Assembly (NCBI GenBank): GCA_034433305.1
Contig: DAOUAM010000089.1
Location: forward strand, 3,466-67,465
Reading direction: 5' to 3'
DNA length: 64,000 nt
Source: Dehalococcoidia bacterium
GTDB taxonomy: Bacteria > Chloroflexota > Dehalococcoidia > Lucifugimonadales > DAOUAM01
The position numbers and the translations under genes are program-made. This document shows, piece after piece, positions 52,661 to 62,362 of this stretch; the first letter of the stretch is position 1; each line of letters opens with the position of its first letter. The notes beneath the pieces were generated by a model. That model was not told where the DNA came from, did not search any database, and worked only from the letters and a program-made list of their open reading frames with translations.

Positions 52661-54685
52661 ATGCCGAGCTTGCGTTTTGGCGCGGAAGTCCTTGACCAGC
52701 CCCAGCAGTGGAGCGTCCATTTCCGAGGGCTGGAGTACTGCGGCGAGGTGATTGTTGCCCTGGCCTTCAGGCCGGCGCTGGGCATGCCGCTGCCGGAAGG
52801 CCTGGACTTCCGGCTGGTGTTCTTCACCATGCCACGGCGCATTCCTGTGGGACAGGTGCGGGACACGCGCATAGCCATGGCCGTGCCACGGCGTGCGCTG
52901 GAGCAGGCGGATGGCCTCAGCCGTGAGGCCCAGGCCATCCGCGAGGCCCAGGCGCGCTACCAGGCCACGGAGGACGTCGCCATGCAGGCGCTGGCCCGCT
53001 CCATGGAGGAGCGCGAGCAGCACCTGCTGAGGGAGGTGGCCCGTCGCCATGCGGCCCTCTACGCCCAGGGCCGCATCTACACCAGCCAGGGACTCACCAT
53101 CCCGGCCAGGGAGGTCTTCTTCGACGATGCTATGGACGCGTGGGCCAACCGCCTGGCCGCCGCTATTCTGGCCCAGGCGCACCCATCGGTGCCGCTGGAC
53201 TTCGCCCAGTTCCCCAGGGCCCTGGACGCCAGCAGCGTGCCGTTGCTTTACCATGGCCTGTTCCAGGGCGACTCCCACGGGACAGAGGCGGCGCGGGCCT
53301 TCGGGCCGGGCCTTGGCCTGACTCGGCCTGATGCTCCGGCCGTGTTCAACCCCCAGGGGTGCCGCGTCTTCCCCATCATTCAGGACGGACTGGACCAGCG
53401 GGACGGCCAGGCCCCAGCGGGCGAGGTGCTGGACTCCCTCATCCGCGTCCACGGCCTTACCAGGCCGCTGGCGCTGCTGTACCTCCTGGCCTTTGTGTGC
53501 CACGCCCGCGCCGAGGCCACCCTGAAAGCCGACCACCAGGCCAGGTCAGTGAATGGGGAGCCCTTCCTCAGCGACACCATCACGTGGGACCTGGTCCCGG
53601 AGGTAGCCTTCTCCGAGGCCCTGGCGGGCGACCTGGCGCTGCTCAGGCAGGGAGCATCGCCCACATGGAACGCGGCGCTGCCCTACATGGCCCTGCTGGT
53701 GCCCCACCTGGCCCAGGCCCACGACCCACGGGACATCGCCGAGCAGGAAAGGCGCCTCCTGGACTCCCTGGCCACGCTGTCGCGGCAGGCCGAGGCGACC
53801 GCTGCTGCCCTGGCGCCGCTGCGGCAGGGTGACTCCACGGCCCTCGTCCCTGGCGCGGAGGACCTGGAGCACCTGCGGGCTATCTGCGCCGCCGGCGGCT
53901 ACCTGGAGTTCCATGCGCTGGCGCTGCGCCACTTTGGCGGGCCGTCGGCGCTGAGGAAGGCCCTGGGCACCTTCGCCTACCTCCGACAACTGGCGGACCT
54001 GGCGCCGGCCATAGCCAGGGCCAGGCGCTACCTTGCCGGCATGACCTTCGGCCCCGGCCACGAGGCCATGGCGCTGGAACGAGATGCCCTGGCCGCCAGG
54101 GTGGACGTGGACAGCCTGGAGTTCAATCCCTCGCTGTGGGGCAGCATCGAGCAGGGAGTCCAGGGCCTGCGGCGCAGGTACGCCGCCGCCTACTCGGCCC
54201 ACCACGCCAGCTACCACGCGGAGGCGCGCAGGCTCAGGGGCAAGCTGGAGCAGGGCAGGCTGCAACTGGAGGCCTTCCTCAGGCTCCAGGACATCCCTGA
54301 GATGGGTGGGCCTTTCGGCACCGACCTCCCCGAGCGCTTCAAGGAAGTGGCCGCTTTCCTCAGGGCGTGCAGCCTGGCTGACCAGGGCCTGGACCTGGAG
54401 GAGGCCCCCTATTGCCAGGTGTGTCTGCTGCCCATGGGCGAGGATGCACCCTCCGGCGCCGTGGAGCACCTGCTGGCGGACCTGGACGCGGCCCTGCGCG
54501 AGTACCACCGCAGGCTTGGCTTCCACGCGGCGCACCAGGTCCTGGCCGAGCCTTCGGGGCAGCAACTGGAGAAGTTCATCCAGCTACTGCACGTGGCCGA
54601 CCCGTCTGCCCTGGGCAACGTGCTGGACCAGGAGGTAGTGGCGTTCCTGCGCCAGTTCCTGAGGAGGCAGGAGAGGGGCGCATGA
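52661..54685 (+). CDS. large uncharacterised protein (674 aa from ATG 52661; possibly starts at 52580 with an in-frame TAG at 52634)
   Basis: Long ORF with native composition. It is translationally coupled to pth (ATGA overlap at 54682..54685). It is Ala/Leu/Arg-rich and helical-looking, with C-x2-C near the C-terminus (PYCQVCLLP). I recognise no family confidently. Confidence 0.7.
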   Translation: MPSLRFGAEVLDQPQQWSVHFRGLEYCGEVIVALAFRPALGMPLPEGLDFRLVFFTMPRRIPVGQVRDTRIAMAVPRRALEQADGLSREAQAIREAQARYQATEDVAMQALARSMEEREQHLLREVARRHAALYAQGRIYTSQGLTIPAREVFFDDAMDAWANRLAAAILAQAHPSVPLDFAQFPRALDASSVPLLYHGLFQGDSHGTEAARAFGPGLGLTRPDAPAVFNPQGCRVFPIIQDGLDQRDGQAPAGEVLDSLIRVHGLTRPLALLYLLAFVCHARAEATLKADHQARSVNGEPFLSDTITWDLVPEVAFSEALAGDLALLRQGASPTWNAALPYMALLVPHLAQAHDPRDIAEQERRLLDSLATLSRQAEATAAALAPLRQGDSTALVPGAEDLEHLRAICAAGGYLEFHALALRHFGGPSALRKALGTFAYLRQLADLAPAIARARRYLAGMTFGPGHEAMALERDALAARVDVDSLEFNPSLWGSIEQGVQGLRRRYAAAYSAHHASYHAEARRLRGKLEQGRLQLEAFLRLQDIPEMGGPFGTDLPERFKEVAAFLRACSLADQGLDLEEAPYCQVCLLPMGEDAPSGAVEHLLADLDAALREYHRRLGFHAAHQVLAEPSGQQLEKFIQLLHVADPSALGNVLDQEVVAFLRQFLRRQERGA

Positions 54686-55308
54686 CAGAGGCACGCTGGC
54701 CTTTCCTGGGCGCCCTCCTGGGGCGCGGCGGCGGCCGGCCGCTCAGGCCCGCGCTGGTCATAGTCGGTCTGGGGAACCCCGGTAGCGAGTACGCCGACAC
54801 CCGGCACAACGTGGGCTTCTGGTGCGTGGACTACCTGGCGAGGGCTTACTCCATCACCTTCTCGCGCCGCCACAAGCTGGCCCAGGTCGGCGAGGGCGTC
54901 ATAGAGGGCCGCCAGGTGGCTCTGGCCAAGCCCCGCACCTACGTCAACCTCAGCGGCCAGGCCGTCAGGTACTTGCTGGACCGCTATGGGGTGACGCCTC
55001 AGGAGCTGCTGGTCATATACGACGACATGGACCTGCCGCCGGGCAAACTGCGCCTGCGGCCCAGGGGCAGCGCCGGCGGGCACAATGGCATCAAGTCCAT
55101 CATCGAGGCCACTGGCACCCAGGAGTTCCCGCGCCTGCGGATAGGCATCGGCCGGCCGGCCGAAGGCCAGGACTGGAAGGACTATGTGCTGGGCCAGATG
55201 TCGCCCGAGGAGCGAAAGCTCACGGAAGAGACCGTGGCACAAGCGGCCCAGGCTGTCGTCAGCGTGCTCACCGAGGGCGTCGCCGCCGCCATGAACAGGT
55301 TCAACTGA
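54682..55308 (+). CDS. pth: peptidyl-tRNA hydrolase
   Basis: LVIVGLGNPGSEYADTRHNVGF...YVNLSG.AV...DDMDLPPGKLRLRPRGSAGGHNG.KSI. Confidence 0.95.
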   Translation: MTEARWPFLGALLGRGGGRPLRPALVIVGLGNPGSEYADTRHNVGFWCVDYLARAYSITFSRRHKLAQVGEGVIEGRQVALAKPRTYVNLSGQAVRYLLDRYGVTPQELLVIYDDMDLPPGKLRLRPRGSAGGHNGIKSIIEATGTQEFPRLRIGIGRPAEGQDWKDYVLGQMSPEERKLTEETVAQAAQAVVSVLTEGVAAAMNRFN

Positions 55309-55317
55309 GGCAAAAGA

Positions 55318-55353
55318 AAGCCTGCGGCGAAGAGGCCTCTTCGCCGCAGGCTT
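55318..55353. terminator. perfect 16-bp hairpin between convergent pth and protease genes
   Basis: aagcctgcggcgaaga-ggcc-tcttcgccgcaggctt, preceded by an A-run on the + strand. Confidence 0.65.
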
Positions 55354-55360
55354 GACAGGG

Positions 55361-58300
55361 TTAGTCCAGTTCCACCTCCACCGCCGCGCTCTGGGGCTGG
55401 CCGGAAATGTTGTTGTAGAAGAGCACCAGTAGCTCGCCCTCCTCCACCGTGCCGGCCACGGGCACCTCGAAGCGGTCGCCCGGCGCCACTTCCACCAGGC
55501 TGACCACCGCCTCCAGTCCCGGCGTGACCGCGTTGAAGCGGACCGAGTCCGTAAAGTCGAAGGCCTCTGACAGCAGGTCAGTGGTGACCACGAAGTAGTC
55601 GAAGTCGGGGTTGTCCGGAGTTATGGTGGGCGCACCGGTGGCCTCGCCCAGGCTGTTCAGGTCCTCCAGCAGGATGGGGATGGTCTGCCAGGACACGTTG
55701 CGGTCGTTGGCGGTCAGGAACTCCAGCACGCCCGCGCCGGTCTCCAGCTCGAAGATGGCTGTAGCCATCCTGCCGTCGAAGTTGCCGGTGGTGAACAGGC
55801 CCAGGTCCGCGGCCACCACGTCATAGTCCGGCGTCCCGTCCTTGTCCACGTCCACCAGAACATCGGTGACCATGGGGTTGGAGGCGCTGCGGTTGCCGTG
55901 GACTGAGACGCCGAACTCCAGTATCCTGCCCAGGTCTGGCACGTTAAAGGCGTGGGCGCCAGCGTAGCGTATGTCGAACCAGTCGTCCGGCTCCTCGGGT
56001 GCGCCGGCAGGCTCGGGTATGAGGTCTTCATTGGCATCCGTCACGCCAAGCTGGTAGATGTCGGCCAGCGTGGGCGACAGCCCGGTGTTGCGCAGCTCCA
56101 CGGCGCTGTCCTTGCCCTTTGCCCTGGCGTCGGCCCTGGCAATGGGCACCACGTGGAAGGGCACGCGCAGCACATCACCGCCGGCCGTGGTCTCCGTCAG
56201 CGTGAGGAAGCCGTCGTACTCCTCGAAGGCGGACTCAGGCGAGAGCGCCTGGGCGTTTATTCGGGCAGTAAGGGTGAAGTCGCGGGACTTGCCCGCCGGT
56301 ACAGTGAGAGTGCCTGGATGCTGGAAGCTGATGCTGCCCTCGTCGTCGCTGGGGAACAGGAAGGCAGTGCTGAGGTTGAACCGCTTCTGCCTGTCGGACT
56401 TGTTGGTGACGGTCAGCTTCCTGTTGAGGGTGACCTGGCCGGGCTTGTCCCGCTGGACGACGCCAAAGGCAACGCTGCCGGGCACCGCCACCGACTCGGT
56501 GTCCACGGCCACGTCAACCTGGACGCGGCCTGAACCCATGCGGGACACAGGGTACGGCTCGCCATTGGGCGAGGCGTTGGTGGTGGTGTTCATCATAAGC
56601 GCCTTGGTCTCCTCCACGCTCCAGTCGGGATGGAGCTGGCGCAGCAGGGCAGCCACGCCGGCGATGTGGGGCGACGACATGGACGTCCCGGACAGGCTGA
56701 CAGCGTCAGTGCCCGTGCCGACGGCGGCTGACAGGATGCTGCCGCCCGGCGCCGTGATGTCCGGCTTCAGGGCTGAATCGTTGAATCTTGGCCCGCGAGA
56801 GGTGAAGTCCTGGAGCCTGTTGGGTATGGGCAGGACATTGTCCGGGTCCAGGGTGAAGGTGGTGCCAGCTTGCAGCGCCGCCCGGATGGCCAGGCCGTCC
56901 GCGTTGCCGACCATGACCGCCGGGATGTGGACGATGGGGTCGCCAGCGCCGGCGAAAGGCCCGCCGCCGGGCACGTTGTTGTAGATGACCGCCGCGACGG
57001 CGCCGGCCTGCTCCACGTTCTGGACCTTCTCATCGAAGCGGCAGACGCCACGGGTGATGAGGGGTACCTGCCCAGCCAGCGACCCGGGAGGGAAGGGGTT
57101 CGGGCCGCCGGGGCCGCCCTGGTCGCACGCCAGACCGACAAAGGTGGCTGGCCCGCTCACGGTGCCAACGGTGCTGAGGGGTGGCGTGAAGGAGAGCTCT
57201 ACAGACTCGTAGGACCCGTCGGCACCGCTGGAGCCGGAGACCTCCAGTAGCTGCACCAGCACGCCCGGGTCGTTGCCTGCGGCGACGCTGATGGCCTTGC
57301 TGGCCGCAGCCGGGGAGCCGGTGATGTAGGGTATGTCGCCCGAGTTGCCCGCCGAGGCCACCACGATGACGCCCAGGTCCACGGCGGCGTTGGCGGCCAC
57401 GGCGTCAGGCTCCGTGTCCCGCCCGAACTCCGATCCCAGGGACATGTTAATGACATCAACCGCGTCCGAGGTATCGCCGTCACCGTTGGGGTCAACGGCG
57501 ACCTCGATGGCTGCCACGACGATGGCATTGGTGGTGGAGGCGTTGCCATCGCCGAAGGCGTCGCTGAATACCTTGATGGCGAAAAGGGCCGCACCTGGCG
57601 CGACGCCCACAGGCACGTCGCCAGCGCCAATGCCGGCGGCGATGCCCGCCACGTGGGTGCCGTGGCCGTTGGTGTCCAGGGGATCGTCGTCAGGCGTGGG
57701 CACATCGGTGCAGGTGGGCAGGGCTGTGGGGTCAGGGCAGCGGGCATCGAAGAACTCGCCCACCAGGTCCACGCCGCCTGTGACCTTGGCGGTGGGGAAC
57801 GTCCCCGGCTCCACCACCAGCGGGTCGTTGTCAGCGTAGTCGTCGGGGTCGCCGCTGCCGCCCAGCGCCGCGTGGGTATAGTCAATGCCCGTGTCTATCA
57901 CCCCGATGGTGATGCCAGTGCCGTCAACGCCCAGTTCTTCGTGGGTCTGGCCGCCGAAGATAAAGGACACGCTATTGTCCAGGTGCAGGGCCACCAGCCT
58001 CACGGGATAGACGGCCTTGACGCCTGGCAGGGCCTCTATCTCCGCCAGCCTGGAAGCATCGGCCCGCACCGACAGACCGTTGAAGGCCTTCTGGTAGTTG
58101 TGGGTGACTTTCGCGCCCAGGCGCTCCAGCCTGCCCCTGACGTCTTCCTGTTTGCCCTTGAGGGCGCGGACGTACTCCTTCTGCTGGGCACTGTCCAGGT
58201 CAGGCAGGCCACGGCCACGCCTGGAGACGCGCTCAGCGGCCAGCGAGTTGTCCTGTAGCTCCACGATGACTTCCACCGACTCACGGCCCACGGCGCTGGC

Positions 58301-58465
58301 CGGGCGTCGCAGGCCATCAGGCCCGAGGCCGTCCGGCGCCACGGCCCGCTCCAGGGTGCGCGTCGGCGCAGGCCCCTGGGCGACCGCCGTCGTCGCGCCA
58401 TCGAAAAGCAACACGGCCAGCAATGTAGCCAGCAGTCCCAACAGAGCCATGGTCTTCATAGTCAC
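55361..58465 (-). CDS. secreted S8 (subtilisin-family) serine peptidase with PA-domain insert and long C-terminal region
   Basis: Signal peptide MKTMALLGLLATLLAVLL. Catalytic triad motifs VIDTGIDYTH (Asp), NGHGTHVAGIAAG (His) and LSGTSMSSPHIAG (Ser). Confidence 0.9.
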   Translation of the reverse strand: MTMKTMALLGLLATLLAVLLFDGATTAVAQGPAPTRTLERAVAPDGLGPDGLRRPASAVGRESVEVIVELQDNSLAAERVSRRGRGLPDLDSAQQKEYVRALKGKQEDVRGRLERLGAKVTHNYQKAFNGLSVRADASRLAEIEALPGVKAVYPVRLVALHLDNSVSFIFGGQTHEELGVDGTGITIGVIDTGIDYTHAALGGSGDPDDYADNDPLVVEPGTFPTAKVTGGVDLVGEFFDARCPDPTALPTCTDVPTPDDDPLDTNGHGTHVAGIAAGIGAGDVPVGVAPGAALFAIKVFSDAFGDGNASTTNAIVVAAIEVAVDPNGDGDTSDAVDVINMSLGSEFGRDTEPDAVAANAAVDLGVIVVASAGNSGDIPYITGSPAAASKAISVAAGNDPGVLVQLLEVSGSSGADGSYESVELSFTPPLSTVGTVSGPATFVGLACDQGGPGGPNPFPPGSLAGQVPLITRGVCRFDEKVQNVEQAGAVAAVIYNNVPGGGPFAGAGDPIVHIPAVMVGNADGLAIRAALQAGTTFTLDPDNVLPIPNRLQDFTSRGPRFNDSALKPDITAPGGSILSAAVGTGTDAVSLSGTSMSSPHIAGVAALLRQLHPDWSVEETKALMMNTTTNASPNGEPYPVSRMGSGRVQVDVAVDTESVAVPGSVAFGVVQRDKPGQVTLNRKLTVTNKSDRQKRFNLSTAFLFPSDDEGSISFQHPGTLTVPAGKSRDFTLTARINAQALSPESAFEEYDGFLTLTETTAGGDVLRVPFHVVPIARADARAKGKDSAVELRNTGLSPTLADIYQLGVTDANEDLIPEPAGAPEEPDDWFDIRYAGAHAFNVPDLGRILEFGVSVHGNRSASNPMVTDVLVDVDKDGTPDYDVVAADLGLFTTGNFDGRMATAIFELETGAGVLEFLTANDRNVSWQTIPILLEDLNSLGEATGAPTITPDNPDFDYFVVTTDLLSEAFDFTDSVRFNAVTPGLEAVVSLVEVAPGDRFEVPVAGTVEEGELLVLFYNNISGQPQSAAVEVELD

Positions 58466-58538
58466 GTCTCCTGTGAAATGGCATTCTCGCCCGGAGTGCC
58501 ACTGCCGGGCGCAGGCTGATGGGGCCTGACATGACCTG

Positions 58539-58580
58539 CTAGTCCAGAATGACTAGTGCAATTGTGCTAGTTTTAGTTTG
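58539..58580. promoter_or_regulatory. AT-rich block with CTAGT repeated at 14-bp spacing in the divergent protease promoter region
   Basis: CTAGT occurs at 58539, 58553 and 58567, plus TTAGT at 58573. The block includes the inverted repeat CTAGTC-N6-GACTAG and a CAATTG core. Confidence 0.35.
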
Positions 58581-58763
58581 GCAAATATAACAGGATGCCT
58601 GAACAGGGTCAAGGACTTGTGACGCCACACCATCTTCCCGGCGTGGTCGCTGGGGGATGAGCGCCTGCGCCGGCCCGGGCATGGGCCACGTGGGTGCCAT
58701 ATTCAAAGCGTCCGCCGGACTCTGCTATGCTGGAGCCATAGCTGTGATGGGAGGAGAAGTCCC

Positions 58764-60791
58764 TTGCGTGCTTGGAGACCAACGGTCTGTCTCGCGGTGC
58801 TGCTGATGGTGTTGCTGCTGGCTGCATGCTCCAGGCCATCGCCAGGGCTGACCACGCCGACGCCCGCGCCCACGGCGACGGAAGCCATCGCCGCGCCGAC
58901 GCAAACGCCAGCGCCGCCGACGCCGCAGGCGCAGCCTACCGCGACTGCCGCCGTGCCCACCGCCACGGCCACGCCCGTGCCCACTCCCACCCCTGTGCCG
59001 ACGCCGGCCCGCCCCGGAGGAGTGTCCCAGGTCACCGAGGCCGTCGTGCCTGAGCCGCCCGAGCGCGACCCCTTCGACCTGGCCCTCAGGCTTCGGCCCG
59101 GCCTGGCAGGCACACTGTCCCGGACTGTTAACCCGACGCCTGTAGCCTACCAGGAAGGCCACAGGGAGACCTTCTGGGTCTCGGACCTGGTGGAGGGCGG
59201 CGCCTACACCATACAGGCCACGCTCAGGCTGGTCAGCGAGCATGCCTACTGGTACGTGGACGATAACCTGGAGCTCTCCGCTGAGGACCTGCGCAGGGCC
59301 GCCGATGCCTTCGAGGGCCAGATACACCCGCGCATCACCAGCGCCGTGGGCGACATCTGGGACCCGGGCGTGGACAATGACCCGCACCTTACCATACTGC
59401 ACACCTCCATCAAGGCCGCCGACGGCTACTTCGGCTCCCAGGACGAGTACCCCAGGGAGGTACACCCTCACAGCAACCAGCGGGAGATCATCTACATGGA
59501 CGGCAGAAGGCTGAGGCCAGGCAGCCCGTCCTACCTGGGGGTGCTGGCCCACGAGTTCCAGCACGCAGTCCACTGGAACCTGGACTCCGGCGAGGACTCC
59601 TGGATCAACGAGGGCATGTCCGAGGTCGTCAAGGAGATGGCAGGGTACCGTGGCTCCTTCATTAATGCCTACCTGCAAAACACCGATATCCAGCTCAACT
59701 TCTGGCCCGATGACCTGAGGAACAGCCCTGCCCACTACGGGGCCGCGACACTCTTCCTCTCCTATGTCGTCCAGCACTACGGTGGCTTTGACAACCTGAA
59801 GTACCTTGTCCAGGAGCAGGGCGATGGCATCAACGGGGTCAACTCCTACCTGGCGCGCTACGGCAAGACCTTCCGCGAGGTCTTCGAGGACTGGGTAGTG
59901 GCCAACTACCTGGACGAGCCGCAAGGCCCCTACGGCTACCCGGACAGGGACGTGCGGGTGCTGGACCAGGAGATGCTCTTCGTCTACGGCGAGAAGACGG
60001 GCACGGTCCCTCAGTTCGCGGCACGCTACGTCAACCTGCGGCCCGGCCAGGGCGATGTCCTGGTCCGCTTCCAGGGCGGCCAGGAGGTCTCCCGGTTCGG
60101 GACGCGGTGCCACAGCGGCCAGCACTGCTGGTGGAGCAACCTGGGCGACTCCATAGACTCCAGGCTGACGCGGGAGTTCGACCTTTCGGGACTGGACAGG
60201 GCGACCCTGGAGTTCTGGACGTGGTTCCAGATCGAGGAGGACTGGGACTACGCCTACGTGGTGGTATCCACCGACGGCGGCGACACCTGGCAGACGCTGC
60301 CTGGCACTCGCACCACGTCCGAAAACCCCATCGGGAATAACTTCGGCTACGGCTACACCGGCAACTCCGCCGACTGGGTGCGGGAGACCGTGGACCTGTC
60401 GCCCTTCGCCGGCAAGAAGGTGCTGGTGCGCTTCGAGTACGTCACCGACGACGCCGTGTCCCTGGACGGCTTCGTGGTGGACGACATCGCCATCCCGGAG
60501 CTGGGCTTCTTCGACGACGCCGAGGAGGACCAGGGGTGGCAGGCCGAGGGCTTCCTGCGCACCGACAACAGGCTGGCCCAGGCCTACGCTGTCCAGGTCA
60601 TAGAGCAGGCCGCCGATGGCAGCGCCCAGGTGCGCGACATGCCCCTGGACAGCCAGAACCAGGGCAGCATGGTCATCGAGGGCCTTGGCACCAGGGTAGA
60701 GACCGCCGTGGTGGTCATATCGCCGGTCACGCCGGGCACATTCCAGCCCGCCCCCTACACCCTGGCCATCAGCCCGGCACCGGGGCCATGA
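58764..60791 (+). CDS. secreted zinc metalloprotease lipoprotein (HEFQH zincin; M30/hyicolysin-like by motif) with Pro/Thr-rich linker
   Basis: TTG start. Lipobox in LLMVLLLAAC. The PT-rich linker is followed by GVLAHEFQHAVHWN (HExxH). Confidence 0.75.
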   Translation: MRAWRPTVCLAVLLMVLLLAACSRPSPGLTTPTPAPTATEAIAAPTQTPAPPTPQAQPTATAAVPTATATPVPTPTPVPTPARPGGVSQVTEAVVPEPPERDPFDLALRLRPGLAGTLSRTVNPTPVAYQEGHRETFWVSDLVEGGAYTIQATLRLVSEHAYWYVDDNLELSAEDLRRAADAFEGQIHPRITSAVGDIWDPGVDNDPHLTILHTSIKAADGYFGSQDEYPREVHPHSNQREIIYMDGRRLRPGSPSYLGVLAHEFQHAVHWNLDSGEDSWINEGMSEVVKEMAGYRGSFINAYLQNTDIQLNFWPDDLRNSPAHYGAATLFLSYVVQHYGGFDNLKYLVQEQGDGINGVNSYLARYGKTFREVFEDWVVANYLDEPQGPYGYPDRDVRVLDQEMLFVYGEKTGTVPQFAARYVNLRPGQGDVLVRFQGGQEVSRFGTRCHSGQHCWWSNLGDSIDSRLTREFDLSGLDRATLEFWTWFQIEEDWDYAYVVVSTDGGDTWQTLPGTRTTSENPIGNNFGYGYTGNSADWVRETVDLSPFAGKKVLVRFEYVTDDAVSLDGFVVDDIAIPELGFFDDAEEDQGWQAEGFLRTDNRLAQAYAVQVIEQAADGSAQVRDMPLDSQNQGSMVIEGLGTRVETAVVVISPVTPGTFQPAPYTLAISPAPGP

Positions 60792-60804
60792 CGAGGCGCT
60801 GGCG

Positions 60805-61419
60805 ATGGCCCTGTGGGATATACTGTTAGCAGTAGTGCCCCTGATTGTGTTCCACGGACTGGTCATGTGGCTGTCCGTGGGGACACTGCCTGCCCGGCTC
60901 TTCGCCAGTGGCTATCTGCGCCTTGTCCTGTTCCTGCTTGCTCTGCTGAGCGGAGTCATCTTCTTTGCTGGCCTGTACGGCGTCCTGGCCCTCTACGGCA
61001 TATGGCTGGGTATGGCCCTCGGGCACATCAGGGCCAGGTGGTTTGGCAGGGCTTCCAGGACGACTGTGCTCGTGGGGATGGCCGTAGCCATGCTGCTCCT
61101 GGCGGGCGCGTCCCTGTGGTTCTGGAGCTACTACGGCTACGAGGGGGCCATCAGGGCCTCGCACCCTGAAGGATTTGAGGAGTTCATGGCGCATGCCCGG
61201 ACAGTCGGGAGGCTTGTCTACCTGCTACCGGCCATGGCGGGCCTGCTGGCCTCGGTGGTTACTGCCCTGTACCTGAGGGCGCACCTTGCCCACAGCCTTG
61301 CCTTCACCGTCGGCGCCCTTCTGGCGCTGGTTGCTTCGCCGCTACTGGTATGGTTTGATTTCGGGACTTCCTGCCGGGTAGGCGAGGCCACCTTCATGAC
61401 CTGGAGCACCTTCTGCTGA
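60805..61419 (+). CDS. hypothetical integral membrane protein
   Basis: 204 aa with about 5 hydrophobic segments. It starts 14 nt after the metalloprotease stop. Confidence 0.6.
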   Translation: MALWDILLAVVPLIVFHGLVMWLSVGTLPARLFASGYLRLVLFLLALLSGVIFFAGLYGVLALYGIWLGMALGHIRARWFGRASRTTVLVGMAVAMLLLAGASLWFWSYYGYEGAIRASHPEGFEEFMAHARTVGRLVYLLPAMAGLLASVVTALYLRAHLAHSLAFTVGALLALVASPLLVWFDFGTSCRVGEATFMTWSTFC

Positions 61420-61437
61420 GGGATTGCCCTCAGCCGG

Positions 61438-61878
61438 TCAGGCGCGGCGCGAGGGCAGGGATACCGTCGCCTGGCCTATGACCAGCCTGGCGCCCTGGGC
61501 GTCCTGGATGAAGACGTCGCAGTAAAGCAGGTGCTCGCCGCCCATCACAGCCTTGTCGGTGACCAGGCCCGTGAGCAGCAGCGGCGTGTTGTGCAGCACC
61601 ACCTGGCGGAAGACCACGTCCAGCTTCCTGAGCCTCGCCGAAGGCGACCAGGAGGTGATTAGCTGGGACAGCAGCGCCATGTTGATGGCCCCAGGCACCA
61701 TGGGGCCGGGCAGGCCCTCGCGCCGGGCGGCCTCGGCGTCCACGAAGCGGGCGTCGTTGCGCTCCCGCCTCCAGATGCCCAGGAACTCCCGCACCTGCTC
61801 CGTGGTGACAGTCCGCTCCAGGGGGCCGATGCTGTCCCCTACCTCCACGTCCTCGAAGTAGACCTCGCCCTCAGCCAT
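61438..61878 (-). CDS. MaoC-like (R)-hydratase hot-dog protein
   Basis: 146 aa with a hot-dog-fold pattern (PGPMVPGAINMALLSQLI...). It overlaps the upstream partner by 8 nt. Confidence 0.75.
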   Translation of the reverse strand: MAEGEVYFEDVEVGDSIGPLERTVTTEQVREFLGIWRRERNDARFVDAEAARREGLPGPMVPGAINMALLSQLITSWSPSARLRKLDVVFRQVVLHNTPLLLTGLVTDKAVMGGEHLLYCDVFIQDAQGARLVIGQATVSLPSRRA

Positions 61879-62344
61879 TGGCCCTGCCCGCGTGCCTCCT
61901 GACGTAAGACTCCTGTACCAGCGCCACGGCCTCGCCGCGCTGGTTGGTGAAGCTCGTCTCCCACACGATGAATACCATCTTGCCCGAGCGCCCGGTCTTG
62001 GCGTACACGTCCTTGAGCCTGGTCTTCACCACCAGCGTGTCGCCGGGCCGCACTGGGGCCAGGCACTGGATGGACTGGCCTGCGAACAGGCTGGCGTTGC
62101 CAAACTCCAGCTTGATGTCAGGGCGGGTGCTGGCCGAGGTCAGGACGTTGCAGAAGGTGGGCGGCGCCACCAGCCCTCCGTAAGGGCCTAGCTTCGCCTT
62201 CCCCTCGTCGGTGAAGAGGGGATTGCTCTCGCCGGTGCAGCTGGCAAAGCTCAGCAGCATCTCCCTGGTGACGTGGAAAGTGCCGACGTGGTGCTCCACG
62301 CCTAGGAGGCTGCGGTCGAACTGGACTTCGTTATCTGCTGGCAT
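61871..62344 (-). CDS. MaoC N-terminal-type (FAS1 DH-like, UPF0336) hot-dog protein
   Basis: 157 aa. GLVAPPTF...GDTLVVKTRLKDVY. It is paired with the downstream hot-dog gene, as in HadA/HadB-type two-subunit dehydratases. Confidence 0.7.
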   Translation of the reverse strand: MPADNEVQFDRSLLGVEHHVGTFHVTREMLLSFASCTGESNPLFTDEGKAKLGPYGGLVAPPTFCNVLTSASTRPDIKLEFGNASLFAGQSIQCLAPVRPGDTLVVKTRLKDVYAKTGRSGKMVFIVWETSFTNQRGEAVALVQESYVRRHAGRANG

Positions 62345-62362
62345 ATGCCTGGCCGGTGCTGG

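Noticed and set aside
58860-59010. Repetitive ACG/CCG/GCC-rich stretch that looks like a tandem repeat
   Set aside because: It is in frame within the metalloprotease gene and encodes a Pro/Thr/Ala-rich linker (TPTPAPTATEA...PVPTPTPVPTPARP). This is coding low complexity, not a CRISPR array or satellite.
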